This document shows positions 11,642-23,228 of a DNA stretch of 64,000 bases, one piece after another. Below the pieces are notes generated by a model that saw only the letters and a list, made by a program, of their open reading frames with translations, made no database searches and had not been told where the DNA came from. Position 1 is the first letter of the stretch. Every line of letters starts with the position of its first letter. Source of the DNA: an uncultured Clostridia bacterium (GTDB lineage Bacteria; Bacillota; Clostridia; TANB77; CAG-508). The stretch is taken from positions 8,581-72,580 of the forward strand of contig CALXBW010000002.1 in assembly GCA_944386645.1 (NCBI GenBank), in the 5' to 3' direction. The position numbers were made by a program, and so were the translations under genes.

Positions 11642-12370
11642 TTATACTATTAACTTCGTCCTCATAGAATTTAATATTTTTTTTTCTATCCTTGATACTT
11701 GTACTTGTGTAATTCCTAATATTTTTGCCACCTCTGTTTGAGTTTTCTCTTTATAATATCTAAGTAATATTATTTCTCTTTCTCTCTTATCTAATCCATT
11801 TATTAATTCTTTTATACATATCTTATCAATAACTGCACTTGTTTCATCTTTTCCTATATTTATTTTTTCTAATTTACTTGTTTTACCTTCATTTGATGAA
11901 CCCGAATATGCATCTTCATTTATAGATTCAAGCTGCCTGTCAGAATCTAATGCTACTGCTATTTCTTCTTTACTCACTTTTAATCTATCTGCTAATTCTA
12001 CAATTCCTACTTCTCTTCCTTCTTTCATCATATATTCTCTTTGAACTTCTTTTATTTTCATTAAAAGCTCTTTTATACTTCTACTTACTCTTATTAATCC
12101 ATCATCTCTTATATATCTTTTTATTTCACCTAGTATATATGGTACTGCATATGTAGATATTTTCACCTCAAAATTTACATCAAATCTTTTTATAGCTTTA
12201 ATAAAACCTAAACAACCTATTTGATATAAATCTTCAATTTCATGACCCCTACCTGTAAAACGTTTTACAATACTCCAAGTTAATCCATCATTATTTTTTA
12301 ATATTTCTTCCATAACTTTTTCATCTCCATTTTGAGCTTTTATAATATCTTCTATTTTAGTCTCATACAT
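11642..12370 (-). CDS. sigF: Sporulation sigma factor SigF (SpoIIAC)
   Basis: 242-aa group-3 sigma; immediately downstream of spoIIAA-spoIIAB; regions 2.x-4 recognisable (LYQIGCLGFIKAIKRFD..., TQTEVAKILGITQVQVSRIEKK). Confidence 0.85.
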   Translation of the reverse strand: MYETKIEDIIKAQNGDEKVMEEILKNNDGLTWSIVKRFTGRGHEIEDLYQIGCLGFIKAIKRFDVNFEVKISTYAVPYILGEIKRYIRDDGLIRVSRSIKELLMKIKEVQREYMMKEGREVGIVELADRLKVSKEEIAVALDSDRQLESINEDAYSGSSNEGKTSKLEKINIGKDETSAVIDKICIKELINGLDKREREIILLRYYKEKTQTEVAKILGITQVQVSRIEKKILNSMRTKLIV

Positions 12371-12418
12371 ATATACTCCTCTCTATATCCAATATGTCTC
12401 TATTAATAAGTTTTTTAA

Positions 12419-12898
12419 CTATGTAAATAATAAACTATCTTTTAATTCTTCCTCTTTTTCTTTATTTAATAATTTTATTTTCTTTGTCATTGTCACTTTT
12501 GTTCCTAAACCTAAAATTGATTCTACTTTTACGTCATCCATGAAACTCTCCATTATAGTAAAACCCATACCTGATCTTTCTAAATTAGGTTTTGATGTAT
12601 ATAGTGGCTCTCTTGCTTTATCAATATTTTCAATTCCATTACCTGTATCTGATATTTCAATAATAATTGTGTCACGAAAAATTTTTGTCCTTATTTTTAT
12701 AATCCCCTCTCTATCCTCATATCCATGAATAATGCAATTAGTAACAGCTTCTGAAACTGCAGTTTTTATATCAGCTAATTCTTCTATTGTTGGATCTAAT
12801 TGTGCAGCAAATGCAGCAACCGTTATTCTCGCAAATGCTTCATTATTTGATTTACTTAGAAATTCTAATTTCATTTCATTTTCATACAAATCCTTCAT
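12419..12898 (-). CDS. spoIIAB: Anti-sigma F factor SpoIIAB (GHKL Ser kinase)
   Basis: 159 aa; [11 protein letters not shown]...ISDTGNGI...[12 protein letters not shown] motifs. Confidence 0.85.
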   Translation of the reverse strand: MKDLYENEMKLEFLSKSNNEAFARITVAAFAAQLDPTIEELADIKTAVSEAVTNCIIHGYEDREGIIKIRTKIFRDTIIIEISDTGNGIENIDKAREPLYTSKPNLERSGMGFTIMESFMDDVKVESILGLGTKVTMTKKIKLLNKEKEEELKDSLLFT

Positions 12899-12922
12899 TT
12901 TTATCTCTCCAATCTTTTTTAG

Positions 12923-13240
12923 TTAAATTTTTACTTCTTGTATAGGAATAATTTTAGATATACCTGACATTTTCAAAATCTTATACAAGTTTTCCTTTAC
13001 ATTAATCATTGATAACTCTCCTCCAAGCATTGATATAAGTTTATATCTTCCAACAACCATTCCTATTCCTGAACTATCCATGAAAGAAACATTATCAAAA
13101 TCAAATACAACTCTTTTTGGCATATATCTTTGAATTTCATAATCAGCCCTCCTTCTTATTTTTTCTACTGCGTGGTGATCTATTTCCTCATCGATTTTTA
13201 TAACTAATAGCTTGTCTTTATTATCATATTCAATATTCAT
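12923..13240 (-). CDS. spoIIAA: Anti-sigma F factor antagonist SpoIIAA (STAS domain)
   Basis: 105 aa; STAS motif VVFDFDNVSFMDSSGIGMVVGRYK. Confidence 0.85.
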   Translation of the reverse strand: MNIEYDNKDKLLVIKIDEEIDHHAVEKIRRRADYEIQRYMPKRVVFDFDNVSFMDSSGIGMVVGRYKLISMLGGELSMINVKENLYKILKMSGISKIIPIQEVKI

Positions 13241-13343
13241 ATAAAAACCTCCATTCTATTTAAAAACCTCTAATATAATATATACATTTTTTGGTAATTT
13301 TTTCCTTTGTTTTTTTTATTAAATCGTACGACAAAAAAAGACT

Positions 13344-13384
13344 AAATTCTTTATTTCAGAATTTAGTCTTTTTATTAATACATA
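13344..13384 (-). terminator. Rho-independent terminator downstream of WG-repeat protein gene
   Basis: aaaagactaaattct-ttatttc-agaatttagtctttt stem-loop with T-run on minus strand. Confidence 0.55.
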
Positions 13385-13395
13385 GTGCAGATTGA

Positions 13396-14874
13396 TTATT
13401 GAGCTGGCACTGTAATATTAGAATTAACATTTATACTATTATCTATTGTAGTATTCCCTAGATTATTTACATCATTTCCTACCGTATTTGTATCATTTGG
13501 TTGTACTGTATTTGTCTGGTTTTGAGTATCTCCACTTTGTGTCTGATTTAATTTTACATAATCTGATATAGTTATTTGTTGACCATTATACTCTAAATAA
13601 TATGTGTCTTGTCCTAAATTAGTTATAGAATATATACTATCAAACGCACATGGAGCTATATATTTACCTCTTGCATCTATTATTCCATATTTTCCATTCT
13701 GAGAAACTACAATTCCTTCAACCTCTGGTATTATTAAAACATTGTTTCTTGAAGTATCTTTTTGAGTTGAATTAATACATCCAAAACTATCAAAATTAGT
13801 TGGTATTATTTGATTGCCATTCACATCAAATGCTCCCCATTTTTTTGCTTTCATTACAGGTATACAATTATCAAATAGCAACATACTATTTTTTATTCCA
13901 TTATTTTTAAATTGTGTTGTATCTACACCAATTTTTTCATATTCTATATATACAACTCTTTTTCCATTTTTATCTAATACGCCATAGTAATTACCATTTT
14001 TTACATAATATAATCTTAAATCATTATCTAATACTTTTATATCATCATAGCTTGGCTCTATCTTCTGAGCACCTTCATTTGATAATATCCCAACTTTTTT
14101 ATTTGTTGTTACATAGAAATCTTGAGATACTTCTATAAATTCTATTGCATCATATCTTGTTCCAATAACATCTTTATTATCAACAGTTATTACTCCATAT
14201 TTATATTCATCTTTAGATTCTTGTTTTCTTACAACAATTAAATCATATAATAATGCTTTTTGATTTTTAAATTCTTGTGCTACACCTGCATATCCATAAT
14301 TCGAAGTAACTATAGATTCGTAATATGATACTAAATAATCTAATGTAACAATTTCTATTCTATTATATTCTTGATTATAGTTTATTTTAACATTTAATCC
14401 TATTCCTGCATCATCAGAATCTACATATATTTTTCCATTTATAGTTCTTGCTGGCTCAGACATAGTATACCAGTCATAATCTGTAGAATTTGAAGTTGGA
14501 TCTGCTTTATACATTTGGTTTGAACCTGATTCAAATCCAGCAACCTCTTTCTTGTTATTAACATAACATTTTGTATTTTCTTCAGTTAATTTATTGTAAT
14601 CACCTCTATAATATTCATATCCAGCTATTTTAGCCAAATCTTCTACAGAAACATATAACTTACCTGAATTTTGATCATATGAAAATAAATTTTGTGGTAT
14701 ATCCATTCTTTGTCTATCTACATATAATTTTAATGTTTGTGATTCCACATAATTAAAATATAACATTATACCTAAAACTATAAAAAACAATATAACTGCT
14801 AAAATAATAGATATTTTTATTATCTTTTTAGTTTTATCAGTTTTTTCATCTATTCCATCACTTACTAATTTCAT
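13396..14874 (-). CDS. Membrane-anchored WG-repeat (KWG/YG beta-repeat) protein with Asn/Thr-rich C-terminus
   Basis: Repeats such as KKWGAFDVNGNQIIP, NGKYGIIDARGKYIAP, NYYGVLDKNGKRVVY; N-terminal TM. Confidence 0.6.
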   Translation of the reverse strand: MKLVSDGIDEKTDKTKKIIKISIILAVILFFIVLGIMLYFNYVESQTLKLYVDRQRMDIPQNLFSYDQNSGKLYVSVEDLAKIAGYEYYRGDYNKLTEENTKCYVNNKKEVAGFESGSNQMYKADPTSNSTDYDWYTMSEPARTINGKIYVDSDDAGIGLNVKINYNQEYNRIEIVTLDYLVSYYESIVTSNYGYAGVAQEFKNQKALLYDLIVVRKQESKDEYKYGVITVDNKDVIGTRYDAIEFIEVSQDFYVTTNKKVGILSNEGAQKIEPSYDDIKVLDNDLRLYYVKNGNYYGVLDKNGKRVVYIEYEKIGVDTTQFKNNGIKNSMLLFDNCIPVMKAKKWGAFDVNGNQIIPTNFDSFGCINSTQKDTSRNNVLIIPEVEGIVVSQNGKYGIIDARGKYIAPCAFDSIYSITNLGQDTYYLEYNGQQITISDYVKLNQTQSGDTQNQTNTVQPNDTNTVGNDVNNLGNTTIDNSINVNSNITVPAQ

Positions 14875-14885
14875 ATATTCCCCCC

Positions 14886-16043
<1,158 letters not shown>

Positions 16044-16046
16044 CTA

Positions 16047-17072
16047 TTACATTATAAACATAGCATCTCCAAAGCTAAAAAATTTATACTTTTCTTTTAC
16101 AGCTTTATTATATGCTTCCATTATAAAATCTTTATCTGCAAGCGCAGATACTAACATTATTAAAGTTGACTTTGGTAAATGGAAATTTGTTATTAATGCA
16201 TCCACACATTTATATTTATATCCTGGATATATAAATATTCCTGTATCACCTTCTGTTTCTTTAACAAATCCTTGAGCATCTGAAACAGTTTCAAGCACTC
16301 TACATGAAGTTGTCCCACATGCAATAACTCTTTTTCCATTTTTCTTTGCATTATTTATTTTTTGTACATCTTCTTTTTTTATATAATAATGCTCTGTATG
16401 CATTTTATGTTCTTCAATATTTTCTACTTTAACTGGTCTAAATGTTCCTATTCCTACATGTAATGTGACATTTGCAATTACTATACCCTTTTCTTCAATT
16501 TTTTCCAATAGGTCTTTTGTGAAATGTAATCCTGCTGTAGGTGCTGCACAAGAACCTTCATATTTTGCATAAACTGTTTGATAACTATTTTTGTCTTTTA
16601 ACTTTTCTTTTATATATGGTGGTAAAGGCATTAATCCTATTTTATCTAGGATCTCATTAAATATTCCTTCATACTCAAATTTAATTTTCCTATTTCCATT
16701 TTCTAAAACATCTATTATTTCTCCTTTTAATATTCCTTCACCAAATATTATTTTAGCTCCTGTTTTTAATCTCCTTCCTGGTTTTACAATTACTTCCCAT
16801 ATATCATCTTCTACTCTTTTTAAAAGAAGTATTTCTACATTTATATCACTATCCACTTTTTTTCCATATAATCTTGCTGGAATAACTTTTGTATTGTTTA
16901 TTACTAAGCAATCTCCTTCATTTAAATATTCAATTATATCTTTAAAAATTTTATTATCTATTGTCCTATTTTTTCTATCCAAAACCATTAATCTTGCTTC
17001 ATCTCTTTTATCTTTTGGATGTTGTGCAATTAATTCTTCTGGTAAATTAAAATCGAATTCTTCTAACTTCAT
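16047..17072 (-). CDS. queA: S-adenosylmethionine:tRNA ribosyltransferase-isomerase QueA
   Basis: 341 aa starting [33 protein letters not shown]. Confidence 0.92.
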   Translation of the reverse strand: MKLEEFDFNLPEELIAQHPKDKRDEARLMVLDRKNRTIDNKIFKDIIEYLNEGDCLVINNTKVIPARLYGKKVDSDINVEILLLKRVEDDIWEVIVKPGRRLKTGAKIIFGEGILKGEIIDVLENGNRKIKFEYEGIFNEILDKIGLMPLPPYIKEKLKDKNSYQTVYAKYEGSCAAPTAGLHFTKDLLEKIEEKGIVIANVTLHVGIGTFRPVKVENIEEHKMHTEHYYIKKEDVQKINNAKKNGKRVIACGTTSCRVLETVSDAQGFVKETEGDTGIFIYPGYKYKCVDALITNFHLPKSTLIMLVSALADKDFIMEAYNKAVKEKYKFFSFGDAMFIM

Positions 17073-17093
17073 TTATTATTACCTCTTTTTCTT

Positions 17094-18449
17094 TTAAGTA
17101 TTATAATTTAAAATTCTCATAAATACATTTAATAAATTATGTGCTAAATTACTTATTTCATCAATTATATTTTGTGGCTCATCATTTATTGTTATTATTT
17201 TTGAATACAAAAATTCACTTTCATGAACGGGTTTTTTATTATATATTTCTTCTGGTAACCCTATATACTCTCCTTGATAACTAATTTTCTTTTGCATATA
17301 ATCTCTATACCATTTTTCCAAACTAATATACATTTCACTTTCATATCCATATTTTGAATTATCATGTAATGCAGGTACAATATATCCAAAATCTGTAGAA
17401 TTTTTTTCTAATGAATGTAAAAATTCGTGTAAAAATACTTCTTCAGGAAATCTATTCACATAATATTCGTATCTATACATATAACTATTTTTATCATTTG
17501 GTAATCGTATATTAGAAAAACCTATATTTTGATATTCCATTCCTCCTAGACCTATCCAATCATTAACAGGTATTTCTAGATTTTTAGACAAATCTCCTAA
17601 TTTTATTACTGCAAAAATATGATCATATTCATTTTTTTCTATATAACTTTGCAGTATATGTTCTACATCTGTTGGATTTATATAATATTCATTCTCTTGA
17701 TCATAAGATATAGAAGTAATTGGTTCTTCTATTTGTATTATCTCATAATTAACTTTCATTTTTCCTTCTGAAAATTCCTCACAAGTATTTTTAAATCTTT
17801 GCATATCATTTTCCATTAGCTTTATTTCATCTTGATCTATTTGGAACTTATATTCTTTATTATCTATATTTACATCTGTATTCCTAAAAATAAAACATGC
17901 TATATTCCATATATTACTATTATCTTCTACTCCTTCTTGTAACATAAAATCTGAAAACCAAGCTGTTCCTGTACACATATTATCATATCCGCCTAATCTA
18001 AAACCTATATTTACCTCATTTCTGTTTTTAGAATTAAAATATAGTGTTAACTCGGTCCAATCATTAGTTCCACTAATAATTTTTGACCTTTCTGTTGTGT
18101 TTTCTATAGAAATTTGTGCACCACCACCATTATTACTCTCTTGTTTTTCTACATTTAATGTTTTAACTTTACAAGTTATTTTATATGGAGTATTTGGCTG
18201 GACTTTTACTGTTTTATAAAACATTGCATCATTAAATGTATTAGATTGTATTTTGTAACTTGCATAATCATTATACTTCACTTCTTTATCTCTAGTAAAT
18301 TCTGAAGTATATACATTTCTTTCTGCTCTAACAAAATTATTATAATCTTTCTGTTTATATATAGTAAAAGTTTTATATAATGCAAAAATAGCTAATATCA
18401 AAATTACCCATGATATTATCTTTTTAAAAACAATAACACCTTTTCGCAT
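17094..18449 (-). CDS. Membrane-anchored hypothetical protein with beta-sandwich (CBM-like) region and C-terminal HExxH motif (HEFLHSLE); possible metallopeptidase
   Basis: 451 aa; N-terminal TM; HExxH motif seen; no stronger family match recognised. Confidence 0.45.
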   Translation of the reverse strand: MRKGVIVFKKIISWVILILAIFALYKTFTIYKQKDYNNFVRAERNVYTSEFTRDKEVKYNDYASYKIQSNTFNDAMFYKTVKVQPNTPYKITCKVKTLNVEKQESNNGGGAQISIENTTERSKIISGTNDWTELTLYFNSKNRNEVNIGFRLGGYDNMCTGTAWFSDFMLQEGVEDNSNIWNIACFIFRNTDVNIDNKEYKFQIDQDEIKLMENDMQRFKNTCEEFSEGKMKVNYEIIQIEEPITSISYDQENEYYINPTDVEHILQSYIEKNEYDHIFAVIKLGDLSKNLEIPVNDWIGLGGMEYQNIGFSNIRLPNDKNSYMYRYEYYVNRFPEEVFLHEFLHSLEKNSTDFGYIVPALHDNSKYGYESEMYISLEKWYRDYMQKKISYQGEYIGLPEEIYNKKPVHESEFLYSKIITINDEPQNIIDEISNLAHNLLNVFMRILNYNT

Positions 18450-18474
18450 TAAATTTCTCCTTCATCAGATTTAT

Positions 18475-18789
18475 TTAATAAATATTATTATTTAAACTTA
18501 GCTTTATTATTAAATCCATATTATCATCTTTTGCAGCTTTATTTTTTCTTATAGCCCCACATTTTTTACATTTATATATAATTACATATCCCTTTTTACT
18601 ATTAACTTCTATACCAATTGGTTCTAACATTCCATGGCATTCTTCTTTTCTGTCACCAGGGTTAATATCTAAATGTTTTGAATATAAACAATATGGACAA
18701 TGATTTCGACATGAATATCCTAATTTTTCTACTTCTCTTCCACAATTTTCGCATATAAATTCTTCATCTATTTCTAAAAATTTTTTCAC
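18475..18789 (-). CDS. RNHCP domain zinc-ribbon protein
   Basis: 104 aa containing CENCG...CRNHCPYCLYSKH...CKKCG. Confidence 0.6.
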   Translation of the reverse strand: MKKFLEIDEEFICENCGREVEKLGYSCRNHCPYCLYSKHLDINPGDRKEECHGMLEPIGIEVNSKKGYVIIYKCKKCGAIRKNKAAKDDNMDLIIKLSLNNNIY

Positions 18790-18803
18790 TTTACCCTCTC
18801 CAA

Positions 18804-20444
18804 TTAATATTCAAATACACTACCACCTATAAATTCTCTAAGCAATGATTGATTAGGTATGAATTTTGGATTTATTGGTTCAAAATAACTTAGCAATCTA
18901 TATAATCTTTTAGCTTCTGAATATTCTGGTTGATAATTATCTATTTTCAAAAGTAGTGGCATTGCATAATTTCTTAAAATTCCTAATTCATATACTAAAG
19001 ATGAATTAAACATTGCATCCGCTTGTTCCTGATATGGAAATATATTTTTATTTTCACCTCTATTTACAGAATCCCACATAGAAAGAGTATGATATGCTGA
19101 ATAACCTCTAAAATTATAATCCCTAACAATTCTTCTAATTAGTCTAGTATCTGTTGTAGAAATTCTATTATAATAATCTATATTAAGTACTGTAAGTGCA
19201 CTTATATATATTTTAAATTTCAAGTTTTTATCTATTTCATTAGTTAACTCATCATTTAAGCAATGAATCCCTTCTATTACAAGCACTTCATCTTTTGATA
19301 AAGACATAGTATTTCCTTTATATACTTTTCTTCCAGTTATAAAATCAAAAGTAGGAGCAAGTATAGTTTCTCCTGCTATTAACTTTCTTAAATTATCATT
19401 AAATAATTTTAAATCTATTGCATTTATAGATTCAAAATCATATTTTCCAAATTCATCTTTGGGAGTTTCCTCTCTTTCTAAGAAATAATTATCTACTGAT
19501 ATTGTTACAGGTTTTAAACCATTTAGTCTAAGCTGTATTCCTAATCTTTTTGCAAAAGTAGTTTTACCTGAAGATGATGGTCCTGCTATTAATATAACTT
19601 TTGTATTTTTTCTTTGCTTTATTTGGTTTGCTATTTCTATTATTCTCTTTTCATGTAAAGCTTCATCAACTAAAATGCACTCTTTTTCCTTTCTTTCATT
19701 TACAATAGTATTTAATTTATATATTGTATTTACATTTAAAATTCTATGAAGCTTTTCATAATCATCTAATGTTTCAATTAATTTATTAAATTCTTTATAT
19801 TCACCTAATTGATCTGGATTATCCTTACTTGGATATCTTATCAAAAAGCCATCTCTATATTTTATTATATCAAAAACTTTTATATATCCTGTTGATTGTG
19901 GCATTACACCATAAAAATAGTTAAAATAATCCTCACAATAATAAACTGTAACATCTTTATTATCTCTTAAATCTAATTGCAATTTTCCTTTTAAAGTTTT
20001 CTCTCTATTATAAAACTCTTCTGCTTCTTCTTTTGTCATCTCTTTTTTTATTATTGGTATATCTTTTTGTACAATTTCAAACATCTTGTTTCTTACTCTC
20101 TCAATCATTTCATCTGTTACTTCCATATTATCTACTTCACATAACATTGCATTATTTAATTGGTAATCCACTGTAAGTAATGCATCTTTATATGTCTCAC
20201 TGAATGCCTTTCCCATTATGTATAATAGACCTCTTATATATATTCTCTTTCCATCTTTATGTGTGAAATCAATTAAAGAAATTCTTGATTCTTTATTTAT
20301 TTTAAAATCTAATGATTTAACTTCATTATTAACCATACATGCAATTATTCTTTTATCAGAATTATTTATTTTTTCTTTTAAAATATCCTTTACTTTACTC
20401 CCCTCTTCTACATCCATTTCTTTATTTTCATAAATTATTTTCAT
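18804..20444 (-). CDS. Nucleoside kinase (uridine kinase family P-loop) with N-terminal TGS domain
   Basis: 546 aa; N-terminal TGS-like domain; Walker A ILIAGPSSSGKTTFAKRL typical of uridine kinase/PRK family. Confidence 0.7.
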   Translation of the reverse strand: MKIIYENKEMDVEEGSKVKDILKEKINNSDKRIIACMVNNEVKSLDFKINKESRISLIDFTHKDGKRIYIRGLLYIMGKAFSETYKDALLTVDYQLNNAMLCEVDNMEVTDEMIERVRNKMFEIVQKDIPIIKKEMTKEEAEEFYNREKTLKGKLQLDLRDNKDVTVYYCEDYFNYFYGVMPQSTGYIKVFDIIKYRDGFLIRYPSKDNPDQLGEYKEFNKLIETLDDYEKLHRILNVNTIYKLNTIVNERKEKECILVDEALHEKRIIEIANQIKQRKNTKVILIAGPSSSGKTTFAKRLGIQLRLNGLKPVTISVDNYFLEREETPKDEFGKYDFESINAIDLKLFNDNLRKLIAGETILAPTFDFITGRKVYKGNTMSLSKDEVLVIEGIHCLNDELTNEIDKNLKFKIYISALTVLNIDYYNRISTTDTRLIRRIVRDYNFRGYSAYHTLSMWDSVNRGENKNIFPYQEQADAMFNSSLVYELGILRNYAMPLLLKIDNYQPEYSEAKRLYRLLSYFEPINPKFIPNQSLLREFIGGSVFEY

Positions 20445-20516
20445 TGAAACCTCCTATTTGAACAATTTACTCTTAAAATTTATATTTTCACAAACTTATG
20501 AATAAAGTACCTTACT

Positions 20517-21344
20517 CTATTCATGACTATTTTTTAATATTCTAGGTGTAAATATTCGTACATATTCTTCTTGTATGTCTGGAAAAATATCACACACATA
20601 TAATACTTCTCCATTTTGTTTTGTTACTTTTAAATTTGGAAAAGTTTTTAGTATAACTTCATTCGAAAAATACTTATTAACAAATTCCTTTACTTTCGGA
20701 TTGTTATAAAAGTTTGTATATTCAGTAATATATTGATCCGTATTTGCCAAATCTAATTTATAATCATTTACCAGTCTTGTAAAAAACATTTTTAATGCAA
20801 ATCCTGTTACACAAGCATCAATAAATAAAAATATAATTATACAAGATATTATTGGTTTTAAATATTTCGTTGAAAATTTATTATATAACCAATTTATAAG
20901 ATTATCTACTTTTGGATTACAATATGTCATTAAAAATATAGCTAACAAGCCCCATATTATAGAAAACTCTATACATACTCTACCATTAATATTAAAAGGT
21001 ATATCAGAATAATCCCACCATATTACATTTAAGAAAACCTCACCAAACCAACTTACTACATACTCTACTATTGACCCAACAATAAAACCTCCAAAAAATA
21101 AACTAAAATTATTTTTCTTAACATTTTTTAATGCTAGAATCATTATAACAGCACCTAATCCATATATACCACAAAAAGGTCCTATTAAAAAACTTTTTCT
21201 ACTCTCAATCACACCTTTTGTAATTAATCCAAATATTGTTTCTAAAATAAATCCTAATATACTATAAATTATAAAATATAAAAATATTTTCCATATACTC
21301 ACACCAAAAATAGTTATACCTTTTTTTACTTCTTTATCTACCAT
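20517..21344 (-). CDS. Polytopic membrane protein (DUF1113/putative ABC-transporter type IV-like)
   Basis: 275 aa; multiple TM segments (GFILETIFGL..., GPFCGIYGLGAVIM...). Confidence 0.55.
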   Translation of the reverse strand: MVDKEVKKGITIFGVSIWKIFLYFIIYSILGFILETIFGLITKGVIESRKSFLIGPFCGIYGLGAVIMILALKNVKKNNFSLFFGGFIVGSIVEYVVSWFGEVFLNVIWWDYSDIPFNINGRVCIEFSIIWGLLAIFLMTYCNPKVDNLINWLYNKFSTKYLKPIISCIIIFLFIDACVTGFALKMFFTRLVNDYKLDLANTDQYITEYTNFYNNPKVKEFVNKYFSNEVILKTFPNLKVTKQNGEVLYVCDIFPDIQEEYVRIFTPRILKNSHE

Positions 21345-21530
21345 ATATATTCCTCAAACTTTTTATACATTTTAATACATATTTTATCATATCATAATAA
21401 ATTAATAAAATAAAGTACTTTTAAAAGTAATATTTTATATCTGTAACTACTCTGGAGATATGTTATCACTTAATATAAAAGTCTATTGTAGTTTTTCTTA
21501 GCCAAGTAGAACTGTACTTTTACAATTATA

Positions 21531-23225
21531 TTATTTGCTATTATATAGTTCAAAATATTTTCCTCTTTTACTCATTAACTCTTCATGTGAACCTTGCTCT
21601 ATTATCTTTCCATCTTCCATATATAATATCTTATCTGCATTTTTTATAGTTGATAATCTATGAGCTATAATAAATGCAGTTGAATTATCTGTTATTCTTT
21701 TTATAGCCATTTGAATTTTCTTTTCTGTAACAGTATCTAAATTACTTGTTGCCTCATCTAAAATAACAATTGGCGGATTTAACAACATTAATCTTGCAAT
21801 ATTTATTAATTGTATTTCTCCAACAGATAACATATTTTCATTTTCTATAATTGTATCGTAACCTTTATCTAATCTACTTATAAATATATCCAAATTCAAA
21901 TCTTGCTCTAAATTTTTTATAAAAGATTCATCTAATTTATCACTCCCATAAGTAATATTTTCTTTTATAGTACCTAAGAATAATTTACTATCTTGTAATA
22001 CCATTCCTATATTTTTTCTTAAAATTTCATTTGGTATATCTTTTATATCTATACCATCAATATATATATTACCACTATTTAACTTATAAAATTTCATTAA
22101 TAAATTAACTATCGTTGTTTTCCCAGATCCAGTTTTTCCAACTATTGCAACTTTTTCATTTTTATTTACAATAAAATTTAAATTTTCAATAAATTTTTTA
22201 TTATTTTTATAAGAAAACTCTACATTTTTAAATTCTATACATTTGTTGAATTTAATAAGATTGTTATTTGTAATATTCTGTTCATCTCTTTTATTTAAAA
22301 TAGCTTTTATTCTATTTATTGATACAACTGCTGTTTGTATTTCTGTAATATATGATGTTATTTCATTAAATGGTCTTGTATATATATTTACATATATTAA
22401 AAAAGTAGAAATCTCTCCAATAGATAATACATTTTTTTGAACCAAAATAGAACCTACAATTCCTAATAATATATATATTATGTTTATAATAAATCTAGAA
22501 CTAGGATTAGTTAGTGATGAAAAAAACTGTGATTTTATTGATATATTATATAAATTATTATTTATTTGTTCAAATTTTTTTATAGCTTCTTTTTCATACA
22601 TATAGTTTTTTATACTTTTATATTTAGAAACAATTTCTTCTGAATATTCATTTAAATCTGATACTTTATCTGCTCTTCTTATAAAATATATATTTGTTCT
22701 ATTTACTATAATTTTAGATATAATAAACATTATAGGTGCAGAAATTATTAATATTATAGCTAGTACTATATTTATGTTAATTATTATAATTGTTATGCCT
22801 ATTATTGTTATAATTCCAGATAAAATCTTAAATAAAGTTTGATTTATCATTCTTACAATATTTTCTACATCAACATTTATTAAATTTAACATATTACCAA
22901 TTTGCATATCATCTATATATGACATTTCCATTGTATTAATTTTTTTAAATATGTTATATCTTAACTCTTTAGATAAACTACTAGATATCTTATTTAAGCC
23001 TATATTTGAAACTATTTCGCTTATAAATAAAATAATATATGAAAAAAACAAAATAAATATAATCTTTAATATATCATTATTTACCAAATCATTTAAACCA
23101 TTTCCTATAAAAACAGGAATAAGTATATTACCAGTACCATATACGATTGAAAATATTAAAATTATTAACAATAATATTTTATTACCTTTAAATATAAAAT
23201 CTATATTTTTTTTCATTATAAGCAT
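21531..23225 (-). CDS. ABC exporter, fused permease/ATP-binding subunit (degenerate signature LSVGEIQ; likely the non-canonical half of a heterodimer)
   Basis: 564 aa; 6-TM domain + NBD; Walker A GKTGSGKTT; Walker B ILDEATSNLD. Confidence 0.85.
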   Translation of the reverse strand: MLIMKKNIDFIFKGNKILLLIILIFSIVYGTGNILIPVFIGNGLNDLVNNDILKIIFILFFSYIILFISEIVSNIGLNKISSSLSKELRYNIFKKINTMEMSYIDDMQIGNMLNLINVDVENIVRMINQTLFKILSGIITIIGITIIIININIVLAIILIISAPIMFIISKIIVNRTNIYFIRRADKVSDLNEYSEEIVSKYKSIKNYMYEKEAIKKFEQINNNLYNISIKSQFFSSLTNPSSRFIINIIYILLGIVGSILVQKNVLSIGEISTFLIYVNIYTRPFNEITSYITEIQTAVVSINRIKAILNKRDEQNITNNNLIKFNKCIEFKNVEFSYKNNKKFIENLNFIVNKNEKVAIVGKTGSGKTTIVNLLMKFYKLNSGNIYIDGIDIKDIPNEILRKNIGMVLQDSKLFLGTIKENITYGSDKLDESFIKNLEQDLNLDIFISRLDKGYDTIIENENMLSVGEIQLINIARLMLLNPPIVILDEATSNLDTVTEKKIQMAIKRITDNSTAFIIAHRLSTIKNADKILYMEDGKIIEQGSHEELMSKRGKYFELYNSK

Positions 23226-23228
23226 CTC

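Noticed and set aside
13241-13343. Sigma-H type promoter for spoIIAA
   Set aside because: I could not find a convincing AGGAWWT-N14-GAAT match. Only a generic A/T-rich region with an RBS is seen, so no promoter is reported.
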